A stretch of 64,000 nucleotides of DNA from NCBI GenBank assembly GCA_051362555.1, contig CM120642.1:11904001-11968000 (forward strand), in the 5' to 3' direction. Shown piece after piece: positions 12,113 to 25,000 of the stretch (positions are counted from its first letter, which is position 1; every line of letters starts with the position of its first letter). The position numbers and the translations under genes were made by a program. The notes beneath the pieces were generated by a model that was not told where the DNA came from, searched no databases, and saw only the letters and a program-made list of their open reading frames with translations. The DNA is from Lingula anatina. Taxonomy: Eukaryota > Animalia > Brachiopoda.

Positions 12113-15100
12113 TCATAAGCGGCTGCTCTCAATGCCTACGACCACCTCATTCATTTTCTTTTCGTCTTCAGTATCAGTAACGGCTTCGCCATTTGACACC
12201 GTTGTTCCATTTTGCTTTGCCTCTTCTGTCTGTTTCATTTCCATCTCCTTAGCTTCCTCGGCCTGTAAAAAGATGCACAATTTGGTGACAATATTCGAAA
12301 CATCAAATCTGCATCAAGTTCCTATTTATTTTTATCATTATAATCATTACGCTTATTCTTATTACTACTCTAATTATAAATATCTATTTCTGTATATCAT
12401 TTCCTACTACTGATGTAAGTGGTTAATTGTTAAAGGGATAACAACTCTTCTTATGAGATCTATATTTCACAATAAATACACTGTAAACAACACATATATG
12501 TAGAAATATAACATATTCTATTTACCAAAAAACAGCAGTTACAGTAATTAATATGAAATATGTGCATGGCATCTGACCACTACTCTCTTAAGAGATTATT
12601 ACAAAAATAAAAAACTTTTTAGAAAAAAAAAAAAAACAGAGACTAACTTTGGATGCAGAAATGGATTCATTATTCATTGGTTAATATAGGAAAATTGCTG
12701 TTTACCCCAGAAAAATTCTTTTTTTTTTTGTGCCAAAATGAACAGTTGTTATCCCTTTAACGCTCGTCCACATTAGTTTCCTGCAGTACAGTTTTAAATA
12801 CCTTCTTGGCCTTCGACTTGGACTCTGGCAGTAAGTTGTCCAGCCAGAACAGTTCTCTCATGTTGAAGATATGCTCCATCAGTTTCCTGGCAACGCACAT
12901 GAGCAGGACCTAGACAAGGATGACATGAATGTTTTAATAGAATGGAAAACATTCATAGATGCAAGGAACGGGAGATTGGTCGTTGTGGTACAAACAATAA
13001 CAGCACCCAAATCATAACTCAAAACTGTTTTGTATAAACCCTTACACTGTCACCTACTTACATGTATGTTCTAGTTTTTTTCCCGAATATAAAACAGAAA
13101 TATTCACCAACTACAAGAGAACCATTTCTGAAACTGTGGAAAATACTGAAGGTATCGTTATAAAACACAGAGTAAGTTTAACTTCCATGTTTCGTCTGTA
13201 TTCCTCTTATTCACTGAGCTACATTTCACCTTCAACAAAATATGAACCTTTAGCGACCACCCAGTTATACTCACCATAAGTGGAAACGCCATAGAGATAA
13301 TGTTAATTGACTTCACCACCCAAAGTAGTGCAAAGCACACAATTTGAATGATGGTGAAAAGGTGAACTCGACGCGTCTTGACGTGGCGCAAAAACATATA
13401 GTCCGGTTGGTATTTCTGGGGCATGAACATGATGAGGACTCTTTGCACAACCTGAAGTTAGTAGAATAATGGATTATCATCAAGTGAAATAAATGAGGTT
13501 CTTTAATATAAATTTTAAATCTTACTGCAAGTTTCATGAAAGAATTGTAGTCAAATTACTATAAAATTTATAGCTGTTTACACGCAGCCATTCTCGACTT
13601 TCGATAAAACCAGTAAAACCAGAACTGAGGGTTTAATATTTTGCACTTAGAGGTAGCTAGGTAGAACGTTTTGTACCGGTAAAATTGACAAATATTTGAA
13701 TTGGAAAACTGAAAGGTGACAGGTTCCTTGTCCATATGCATTCTTCGACATGGCCCGTAACTTAACGCCTTTACAACTTACCTCTTTATCGTACAGTGAC
13801 GACACACCCATGTACAGAAACACGCCATAGAGAATGGGCATCGGTATATACTGAAGGAAAAAGCAAGACAATTACAAATAAATAATACATAATACTGCAT
13901 CGGACGAAATATATGTTTCAGAGCATTGAGTACTCAAGCCTTTTTGAAGTGTCTAACGCCTGTGATACATGTATATTAATGGTACTTACGTTCAGAAACG
14001 ACGACATGAGGACAGAACAACCAAGAACCGTGTAGACCAGTAACCCGGTGACTCGCTGCTCCCTGGGTACAAAAATCGCAATATTTATCACTCAACAGAC
14101 AAGATAATACACCTACACGTGCTTTTAGAAAGGAACTTGCTTAACATGCGTATTTAGATCCTGGATTATACGGATTAAGATTTGTTCAATATTTTAAATA
14201 CGCGATGGGGTTCAAAGCGAGATCTGTAGAGAGGAAGATCCAAGGGTTATCAGTGATTACTTCCATTTTACTGAAGACTTCTTTTAAATTTCCGAGCCAA
14301 AATTATTTAAAGCTTTCTGTAGAAGGAGCAGAGTCTTCATTACTTTTACATAGAACATCATGTCATTCTATAGGTGCTATGCAGAGGCACAACACAAATG
14401 ATGCATAAAATTAAACAGTAAGGGCAGTTAAAATAAGGTCACTAGACAGTCAGAGTTATCAATATATTCAATATAACGCATTCCACTGATATCAGTAGAG
14501 CCTTTTGCAGCCATATCAAACTAAAAACAAGATAGAACGGTCACCTCACTCCCAGGAACGTCGGTTTCTCTCCCGGCGCCTTGCACTCGCTGGTCATCTT
14601 GAGACTGTTGACGTGGGACATTGACCGCACTGTCGCCGCCACCATCCAGGGGAGGCCTAGGGCCGAGCACACAGCAATCTGTATAGCTACTATGAATATG
14701 TCCAGGTGGTAGCCACCGCCTTTCTGTAAGTAATAAAATTGTAATAAAAGTACACAGTATACTTCTTTCACAGTGATACGGCACCAAAATTTAAATATGA
14801 TTGCTCAAAGGTGGAAGTAACTGAAAGTCAAATCTAATTATTCTCAAAAATCGCCATTTTTAAATTTTTTGAATAATTCTAAAATGGCTAAAATTTAGAC
14901 TTTTAGATTGTGGCTGAAAGAACAAAACATACGTGGCTCTGCAACCACTTGTCCTTCTAAGACATCTTTTAAAATGATTAGTTATCAACATGAAATTCTG
15001 TTAAATGTATCCATACATATGTTTCAAGAAAACTTACCTTTAACTTGTTTTCTTTCCTGTTCACGATAACGGAGGTGATCTGCTGGGCCAGGAAGACCAG

Positions 15101-18100
15101 AATGGACACCAGAAGAGCCGGCAAGATGGCGGCCACGATTGTCCACCATGCGTTTTTGCCCATGGGATCTATAATCCAACTGCGGTCGTAAGACGGCTGG
15201 AAAAAAAGACGTCGTCAGTTCGGTGCACTGAATAATTCTCCTCTTTAAAATGGCAATTCTTTGGACAAATTTTGGTATAAAACTTGAAAGAGCAATTTTC
15301 ATATAAAATCTTTAAAAAAAATTAACTTCGACAGACAGTTTACAGTCAATGACCTCACAACAAACAAGAATAATAATATTACTGAGTGGAAACACAACTG
15401 GATATTACTGAGTGGAAATACAATTAGATATTACAGAGTGGAAACACAACTGGATATTACTGAGTGGAAACACAATTGGATATTACAGAGTGGAAACATA
15501 ACTGGATATTACCTTGACCTCCGTTGGTACTTTGAGCTTTGGTGTCTCTATGTCCACCAGTCGGTCTAGTGTCACCATGGCTGCTATTGCCAAGGGGACA
15601 GCAAAATCACCCAGCAGAGAGCGGACCTGAAGTCAACAATCACTGTTTAAAGCAGAACAACTTACAGAACTCAGAGTCCTTCAATATACAATCAGCAAAC
15701 TGATATTTTGACAAAAATCTCTTAGATTTTATCCTTACATCTATTTTAATTTTATTTACACTAAACATTCATACAAACTATCAAAATATAGCCTTCGTTG
15801 TTAGGATACCTACCTTAAACAGTCTTAAACATATAGATGTAATGCGGGCAGTACTTTATCAGTTGCTGCATTAATCTACCAACCAGTGGGCAGTTTTAAA
15901 TAGGTAAGACATACATGTACACATGAAGTTGTACATGTGCATTGTGATGATTTTATTCAAGAAGAAATAAAACTTAGTAAACTTAGCACACTTTACCTTT
16001 GAGTGAAGGTAACCACTACGTTGGAAGGACTTCAAAGCCATTATAATTCCAAAAGTTCCTATGAAAAGCCAGGTGGAAAACAAGAAAACGTCCGCTTTGT
16101 ACTTAGTATGGTCATAACATTCTGCCCCTTCCAACTGACCTCCCAAAGCATCACATCCACTAACTACAACATCGTGAAAATGTGTTAGCTCTTGATAGAG
16201 GCTGTAGTTGGCATTCTTTAGAACATCGCTTGGATCAAACTTGATGACACCATTTACGTCAGCTGTGACGTTATCTATGCTCGAAATGATGACGTCACTT
16301 GTGTTGAGTCTTCTCACGCAGTCGCACAAATGAGCATCCGGTGGTGCGGTATGAGACTTGAATGGTGCCTCATTCAGGATGTTGAATGTCTTCTCAAAAG
16401 CGTCAAATACGAAAATGATGGCGATCAACATTGCAAAACTCTCCATCGTAAACTTTGTTATGTATCTCACCATGGCGCTAAAATCAAATGCCACCACTAC
16501 CAGTAAGATTACACAGGTCCACATGCCTACCCAAAACCGGAAGGGATAGTAATCAATGCCGTTCTCCCTGAAAAAATTTGAAAGTTTATTTTGAAAGTTT
16601 ATGTCTTTGTTACATGTAATCAAATCGACTGTTATTCCTTAATACATGTACGACAACTCTTAATTGTTTGTCTTTGTTTCCTTTAAAACTATCACGTAAC
16701 GAAATTCACGATTACCAAGTAGGCCTACAGAGCTTAAAACGTATTCACTTACACGCAGAAGGAATAAAACAACCCCTCAAACAACAAAAACGGGCCAGTA
16801 CTACCCAAAATGGAGAGTGGCTGCCCCGAAAATAGCACGTAGACAATACCACAGGAACCAGCCGCCAATAGGTTCTCCACATTGCCCTGAGGTAAAGACA
16901 ATTAATGAATGTCCATTTATTAAGAGATTTTGTATTACCGAAAATGCAATGCCTTTTTATGCAGAATAACTTTTAAATAATGATTTATTGAAAAGAATCT
17001 GTAGTTTTCAAAGCACTACACAATATGCCGACTAGGAGAGAGAGATAGAGAGAGAGAGAGAGAAATACCATTCGTTGTTCTGTCGCTATCCCCAGCAATC
17101 CACCAAAGGTCATGTTGGCAGCTAACATGGCAAAGTACAAAAAGATGAACGTCCCCAAACACTGCACGTGCAGCGCATCTTTAAAGTCACTTGCATAAAA
17201 ACTCCACTTTCTTTTAACGTCTTTAACCAATCCGCCAAATAATCTACATAAAGAAAATGGATATTCGTCACTGAAAGGGTCTATTTTTTGACAGAGAATA
17301 GCACCTGTAGGGGCACAATATGAGCAAGATAAAAAAATGAATAAACTTCAAGGCACTTTTATTAAATGTTGTCAAGTGGGCTCGTTTTTTTTCGTATTTT
17401 TCACATTGCTGTGTGTTTCTATATTATGAATTCACATACTTCCCAGTCCTGGACAACATGATTTCCTCGGACACACCGGTTTCCCGCGCATGCTCATCCT
17501 CGTCCTCCGAGTCAGAATGCTGGTCGTCCGGCAGAATGTGCTTCTGGTGATCGAGGTTACATATGGTCTTTGCAGCCTTCCGCCTTTGAGTCTAAAATTA
17601 TGTCGTAACAAATATCAAATCATACAAAAACATTCTTTGTCAAATGAGAGGCAACCACCATCAAATCACCACGCTAAAAGGACATCCTTAATGCTTTGGT
17701 AGCTAATTTGAAAGCATTTGTCCAAAATAACTAAAGCAACAGAATTTGAGAATATGGAATAGGGGTGCCCGCCTATAACAAGATCATCACCACTTGTACT
17801 TTTTTACTTGTTTGCGCACTACATTTTAGAATTCTTTTTATTTTAACATCCTTATTTGTTAATCAAGGATTCGTATTGAAACAAAGGTTTTAATCAAAGC
17901 CAACTTCAGAATATTTCCTCCCGACGTATTTTACAGTCTGAATATTCATTCATCAACATATTCTCCTTTCCTCGCGAGCTGTACCTGTGCTGGAACATTT
18001 TGAGGCGGGTCGATTCTAATGGAAGGATCCCATTCACTGGGTGGCAGCAGTGTCGAATTTATCAAAAACTCGTCTATGGCGAGCATGATGTCATGTTTAG

Positions 18101-21100
18101 AGCGTGCTTTGTAAGCGACTTCTTTGAACACCTAAAATACAAATATAAGCCTTTAAGTGCATTTTCCATTTTTCCCCTTCGTTTCAAAGTTCTGTCCAAT
18201 TTTATTGTAGCATCATACAAATAATCAGTTAATGTCAAATAATAGGTTAAAAAACAGAGAAATATTGCTACTTTGAAATTAATCCCTTTTCACATAATGC
18301 ACAGTTATGTCTATTTACTATGATGTGGAAAAAATACAAGCACTCCGCTCTGGGAATAACTGACAACACAGTAATGAAAATAACGAGTACGGAGAATATG
18401 AATTTTTTAGTCCCTCTATCCAGTAATGTCACCAAACAATCAAGAATAAGTGAACATTAAAAAAAATACCTCATCGCTCATCAGAGTCCCCATGACGCGT
18501 CCCATTTCCTCGTAGTTTATGACGTTCTGTCCGCCTTTGGGGGCCAGGAGAAACAAAATGAACCTGCTTGGAAGGTGAACCTCCGTCATGTCTCCCAGTA
18601 CTACACCCGAAGAAAGCCGAGCAAGGACGAACATGGGATGAGAGAGAAAATCTGCCTCGCCCACGCAGATGTTGCACGCTTCAGCGCCTGGTGGAATCTT
18701 TCGCAAAAAGTTGCGATTTGGCTACAAATAAAACTTCAGAAAATAAGCGAAAGCGTCCTAGCATTAATCTATTGGTTAAACTTTTTTGAGATTCACTACT
18801 TCAAGCGGTTAAGGCAGAAGCCTTTACAGCCTGCTATATACCGGTCGTTCAGTATTAGCAAAAAGTTTCAAACTGGAAAGAATCATTTAATAATGCTTAT
18901 CCCATGATGTGGTAATACACTGTGAAGTATCTTAACATACGCTTTAAAGTTTTATACCAATAGCAACATACAGGTTGCACTAAAGGCATGGCCTTTCAAA
19001 TAAAATTTATTATTCACACATGTACAATAATAGCTTTAACCATTACATATTGAATATCGAAACATGGTCATGATACGCCGATGATCTCTACCTTGTATTC
19101 CGTTTTAAGCACTGGCCCCAAAACATCTTTTCCCTCCATCTCCAGGCGTTCAGCACTGTCTTGCCTAGGCGGAACATCGGGGGAATCGGGAAACTCGGGC
19201 TCATAATCCCACTCGGAATCCCCCATTCGGTCTACTCCGTCAGTCTCGTGACCCGTGTCTTCGTCATCTGACGTCATGCGGAAACTCTTGAAGCTACTGG
19301 AGATGGACGAGGCCCGCTGTCGTACAGATGGAGCTGTAATCGGACAATATCATTCAATCAAATACGAAATTCGAATGGAAGCATTGAGAAATGTGCTAAT
19401 TCTAGCTTTGCGTTACGAATAGGCCCTATACACCTATCCGCATAAAGAAGCGCAAAAATTATTTTAAAAGTCAACCATCCACATACAAAATCATATACCC
19501 GATACGTGTAATCATACCTGAAAATTACTACTTTCGCGTTTTGAAGTGATGACTTTTCTTTTGCCTTTCTTATATTGTCACCGTGCTTATTATCATAATG
19601 AGGAATCTATCTTATAAGCTGATTATCAGTACATATTGACATTGTATAAAATCTATATACGAGAGAAACGAAGAGAGCATGATGCAACAACTAAGGTGAA
19701 TTTTTTTATCTTGCATCACAAACTGGCGATAATGTTAGTCTTCATCGTGATATTTTCTTTCAGTCCTTATATGCACTTTCATATTAAGTTTTTTTCAAAG
19801 AGTGTCTTATAATTTTTACGATATGACAATACGGCGGTAGTGGTGATGATGAATTCACTTACACGGCGGCACGCGCATAGAACTCGTGTACTGTTGTGCG
19901 GTGACATCAACGGTGGGAGCCCTGATCTTGGACCTTTTCTCGTGTGGATGATGGTGTTTCCGAAGAAAGACCTCTATCACTTTTTCAAGATCCAGGCCGT
20001 GGTATTGTGACTTCATCAGGCGATACACGAGCATGTCTAGAAAATAAATGCTGTTTGAAAATCGAGAGAGAGAGAGAGAGGGGAGATAGAAGAAAGAAAA
20101 TGGAAAGGTACAAATTAAATCTGATTATCAGAAAGCGCGAAAACTTATCGATAGAATAAAAACAGCGATATTGAGAGGAAATCCATCACATACGGTTTGT
20201 CAAGCACCTGACAACTTTCAAATAGAACTATTATTATTATTATTATTATTTACTTACCAGACACCTCCAGTAGGTCTGAACCATCCAGATCAAGAATGAC
20301 CACGCCGTCATGTATGATTTCCTTCAGCTCTTTAAGGTACTTGTAAGACAACGTGGCCACGCGAGGCTTAGACCAACGCTTACCACCGGGCTCCAACACT
20401 TCCTCGAACTTAACCCATCTACGAACAAATAATATAATTCATAACGTACTTGGTTAGAGAGAATATTTCTTTCACAGAAGAACTCCCAATTCTATAGGTT
20501 TCAAAATCATTTTCAGCCTTAATCAAATGGTCTTTGTTTAAACACTTTAAAAAAGATAAAAACCAATAAGCCCGCTGTTGGGGGAAAGGGGTATAAAGAG
20601 TATCTTAAATATTACACTTAATGTATTTTTTCACCTGGCAGTTTCCATCCATTCCTCCATTTCCACTCCTTTCATCTTCTTCAACACAGACAGTTCGCAA
20701 AACAGGTCCTTCGGCTCCAACTGAATATGACCGGAGTCGATGTTGATGGAAAAATCCACCTTCTTGCGCTTATGAAATGGATTATGAGGCAGCGCATCTG
20801 AAAACGATCAAATTTTCCATCAGGATTAAGTAGAAAAATACCATTATCAGGAAGAATTTCTCTGATACGAAAACGCATTTTGTAAAATGCTTTCTACTAA
20901 TTTGAGGAATGTTGCACAGAAACAGGGATTTGGATATATAAATATATATTACTATATATTATTTTATTTTGGACGGCCAGAGTTATGCAGACTGCACGTT
21001 TTAGAACACCAGTAAATGTTAACCAATCTCGTTATTATAAAAATCGATCAGTCGGAATCCTCAAACACATCACCTAGACATATAATTTTTAAAAGACGGA

Positions 21101-22054
21101 CACGGGCTAATCCTTTTAACATGTAAACGGTGAGTTAAACCATTACCATCACAAATATCTATAAATAGGTAAAACCAGGGAATATAATTCTTTGGTAAAA
21201 CTAAATGGAAACAAAATTGATTCATAAGTCACAAATAGATGGCGACACTAGACTGGCGAATGCATGGAGATCTGAGCTCACAGACAGTTAATGGACCCAT
21301 GAATTGCATTTAACAATGCCGAGCGTCCCCAGGTTTGTCAATTTAAACAGCATTTGTATGGCTCACATCCCAATTGAACTTTCCCCACAAAAACGTATGT
21401 TTAATGCTTAAAATGCGTATGATTTTGAAAGCTGTCGGCCGGTTTATGATCAATCACGCATGCTCCCTTCTAGATCAAGTGAATGAGATGAATACGTGAC
21501 ATATAGGTCTGGATGTGATCAGATTGTTTTGCTCTCTAAGTGATCAATATTAACTGATTTGGTTAACTTTGGCTGTTAAAAATCTGCAGTAAGTATATTC
21601 TATATGCAAATAAATTGTACTTAAGATCATAAACTTGGGTAAGCAGCATACAAATGACATTTTTAAACTGACGTGAACGGGATGACAGTGTAGGCCAAAC
21701 TTAAGTCAGTTTTCCTTTTGGTTGATTTTGGGTTTGCACTTACAATACAACACAAATACTTCTTTTGTAAAACGATCATCCTGAAAAACTGTATGTGAAA
21801 ACGTCTGTAGTTTACTTACGTTTCTTTGGCTGCTCCTTGTCTCCATGCTTTTGTGCTGACTATAAGATGAAAGAACAGAAAGTATTAGATAGTCATCGTA
21901 GGTCTAAACTTGTCGAAATAAATTTGAAACTATAATACAAATAACACGCTGATGGATGGAAATAGGCAACATGATAGTATGCTACATGTTTGATTTCAAC
22001 TAAAATTTGCAGAGCCGAGAAAAGATGAAAATATACGATAGCCTTCTCTCTCTC

Positions 22055-22089
<35 letters not shown>

Positions 22090-25000
22090 ATGCTTACTAC
22101 CTTAACCAGCATAAAATTTTATAAATAAATGTAAGTTACAAACGTTTGGTTTATTTTTATTCATTCTTGCAAACTGATGTGGATTTTTTATTTTATTTCG
22201 TGACTGTAACGGATCGTTATCGTTTCTGGTTTTCCCGATAACGTCAAAAAATCGATACGATGTCACGCACAGGGTCAAACTGAAGAAAATCATCGCCCTT
22301 ACATTTGTATTATCGTGAAGATTTCGATGATACAAGACGTACTTAAAATACCTTTATTAAAATTCCACATGTTACGACTTCAAAGTAGATGAAACATCTT
22401 AGAGCTCTCGAACTATGCAACAAATTACGAATATTTTTCTCCAAAAGACATAAGTGGTGATTTATATAAAAAAAAAAAAAAAAAAATTAAAATTCAACAA
22501 TGCTTACATAAACAAATTGAGGGAAACTTAGTGCGTACGTGACAATTATTTCAGAAATAAGAGTAATGAGTACTTATCTTGAATGCAAATGTCGTACATG
22601 GTAAATAAATTGTTTCGTCATATGACTAAACAAACAATTAATATGCAAGCGTGGGTATGTAACACACATTACCATTGAGTCGTTTCTATTTTCCACTGCT
22701 AACCTTCATTAAAATCTTGTCGTTAATGCTTGTTATGCGCTTAACGCTTTCAAATTATTCATGGCAACTTTTATTCATTTCACTTGGTGACAGAAAGAAA
22801 CCACAGAACGGAAAACAACACATTTCAAGTGCTGTGAATAAAATCATTACCATACTGTTTTTATGGCAAAAGTCAACTTTCACAGACCCACTCATATCTT
22901 CGCTTATGGCGCATATTTCTTCTATAGTACACGTGCAACGCGTCAACCGTTAGCCGTACAAAAAGTATTAAAAACAAATCATCAAATCCCGGAAACAAAC
23001 GATAAGGGTCTTAGTTCAAAATCCGTATCACACTGTGTTCCAACTAATATCTATATATATTCATTTTGCATTTAAAAAAACAACTATAGGGAAACTTCTT
23101 TCAAAACAACAAAAATGGTTTTGACATTCCATCTTTATAATTTCGTGTCAAATAAAAGAAAATAAATGAATAAAACCTCCCAATCCTTTCTTCCCTAATT
23201 GACATCCTTAAAACTGGACTATTTGGCCAAAAAGCAGTAAGCCACATGTATGACGCCTATTTGAACAACAACGAGTAACCCATTACTCGTATAAGTGCAT
23301 TACGCTCGGTGTTCGATGGGGAGTGTCCTGGCGGTGCCATGCACCCTGATGTTCAGATTTTATAATCAACATAATCTATCTCCTTTGATAAGTATACCCA
23401 AGTGAAAGTTAGTATAATATTACTTAACGGGCGTCGCAAAGTCATTGTTAAATAGCTAAGACTAGCATACAGTTGAATAGTTACTCTTAAATGCACCCGA
23501 TTATGTATTCATCTTTAGCGTTTATCGATCTGTTTCATAATTTCATTGAAGAGGTGGCGTGCGATCCGGGTTCAAAGTTTCTAATAGCATATACCCGTAG
23601 CATGCGAACTACCAGTAGCCGCATGTAAGGAACGTTGTCCCCAAAGGCAAAATTGATTTGTGGCTTTATTAACAACAACTGATTATTAATTTTATTTATC
23701 TGCTCGAAGGTATTTTACTTTGTATAGGTGAGCGAGCACCCCCCCCTTTACTGTCCCCCTCTCCCCCCACCCCCTTCCCCACCGAAGAAAGACCTTGGAT
23801 CCTGTTGTTAGTGTTGTAGTGAAATGGCAGGGGTGGGGGAGCGAGTACAACGTTTATTTGATAGAAACTAGGACCCCATTCCCAGAGATTAGATCGATCC
23901 AACTTGATCGACCTAACTCCCTGGGGGTTCACGCTAAATAGCTGTCAGCCGAGCGGGCACGAAAGTTAATTACCCCCTTACAGCTTGTAGTAGGCGGGAC
24001 GGACATTTAAGCCGGATTATCTGACAGTAATCTAGTGAGATTCCCCACGGGGATAGATCGATCTAAAATCTACGGGAATGCGCCCTAGGACCCACTAAAT
24101 AAGTGGTTGTTAAGTGGGTCCTATATAGAAACAAAAATATTTTGCACATTTCAACTCGAAACACATTTAATTAAAATGTGATTCACAAAAACAGTAAAAC
24201 CTCCTCATTGCTTTTAAGTGGGACACGGATGGCTAATCAGTAAATTAAAAGTAAACGCGTTTTTCTTTGGGCTTAAAAGAGAACAAATTTTCTATGGGAA
24301 TTTGATGACAACATATCACTTTATGGCCCGTTTATTAAGGGGATGTCATACTGTAATACCTGATGCACATCATGTAGTCATGACACAAATTACACACAGC
24401 ATTCTTTCAAATTGCTATGAACAAAAATAAAGCAATAAACCGGTTTATTTTACCACAGTTCCAACTCGAGTGAAAACGTTTGATACGACCAAGGTGTGAA
24501 ACGTGTAGATGCAATAATGACATAATAGTGTGTCACCATGTGCGATATCCAACCATCACAAAAGGCCAATGACCCATACGCTAACCATTCTAAATTGACA
24601 TAATAATACGTCCGCTTCCTAAAATATATATTGGACAACCTTGCCAAAATAGTGCATTGAGCACCGAGCCATAAGTACCATGTAAACTGTTCGTTGTTTC
24701 TGCCATCCCGTGTTTCACACTCAATATACTGGCACCTTCAGTTTAACTTTATTTCTCGTTTACATTTACTTTTTTACAGAGAAAGCTGTAATTAGGACAA
24801 TAATACAAAATTATAGTTTCAAACCAGGAGGAAAATGAGACTCTTTTTGAGAGTTACTTAACTGTATATGCAACTCTTTTCAATTACGGATTTGATTTTA
24901 GAAAAGATTCCGCGCCTCATTTAAGATAAGCCATGCAACATGGCAGGTACACATGTACGTTGTAGTTTGATATAACCATGATGCAGAGACTCTCTTGAGC

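Noticed and set aside
15375-15512. CRISPR-like array (repeats containing GGAAAC)
   Set aside because: Units are head-to-tail with no unique spacers, lie in a eukaryotic intron, and no cas genes are present.
23545-23680. tRNA or SINE (B-box-like GGTTCAAA with an AAC tail)
   Set aside because: No cloverleaf, no clear A box and no second copy in the window.
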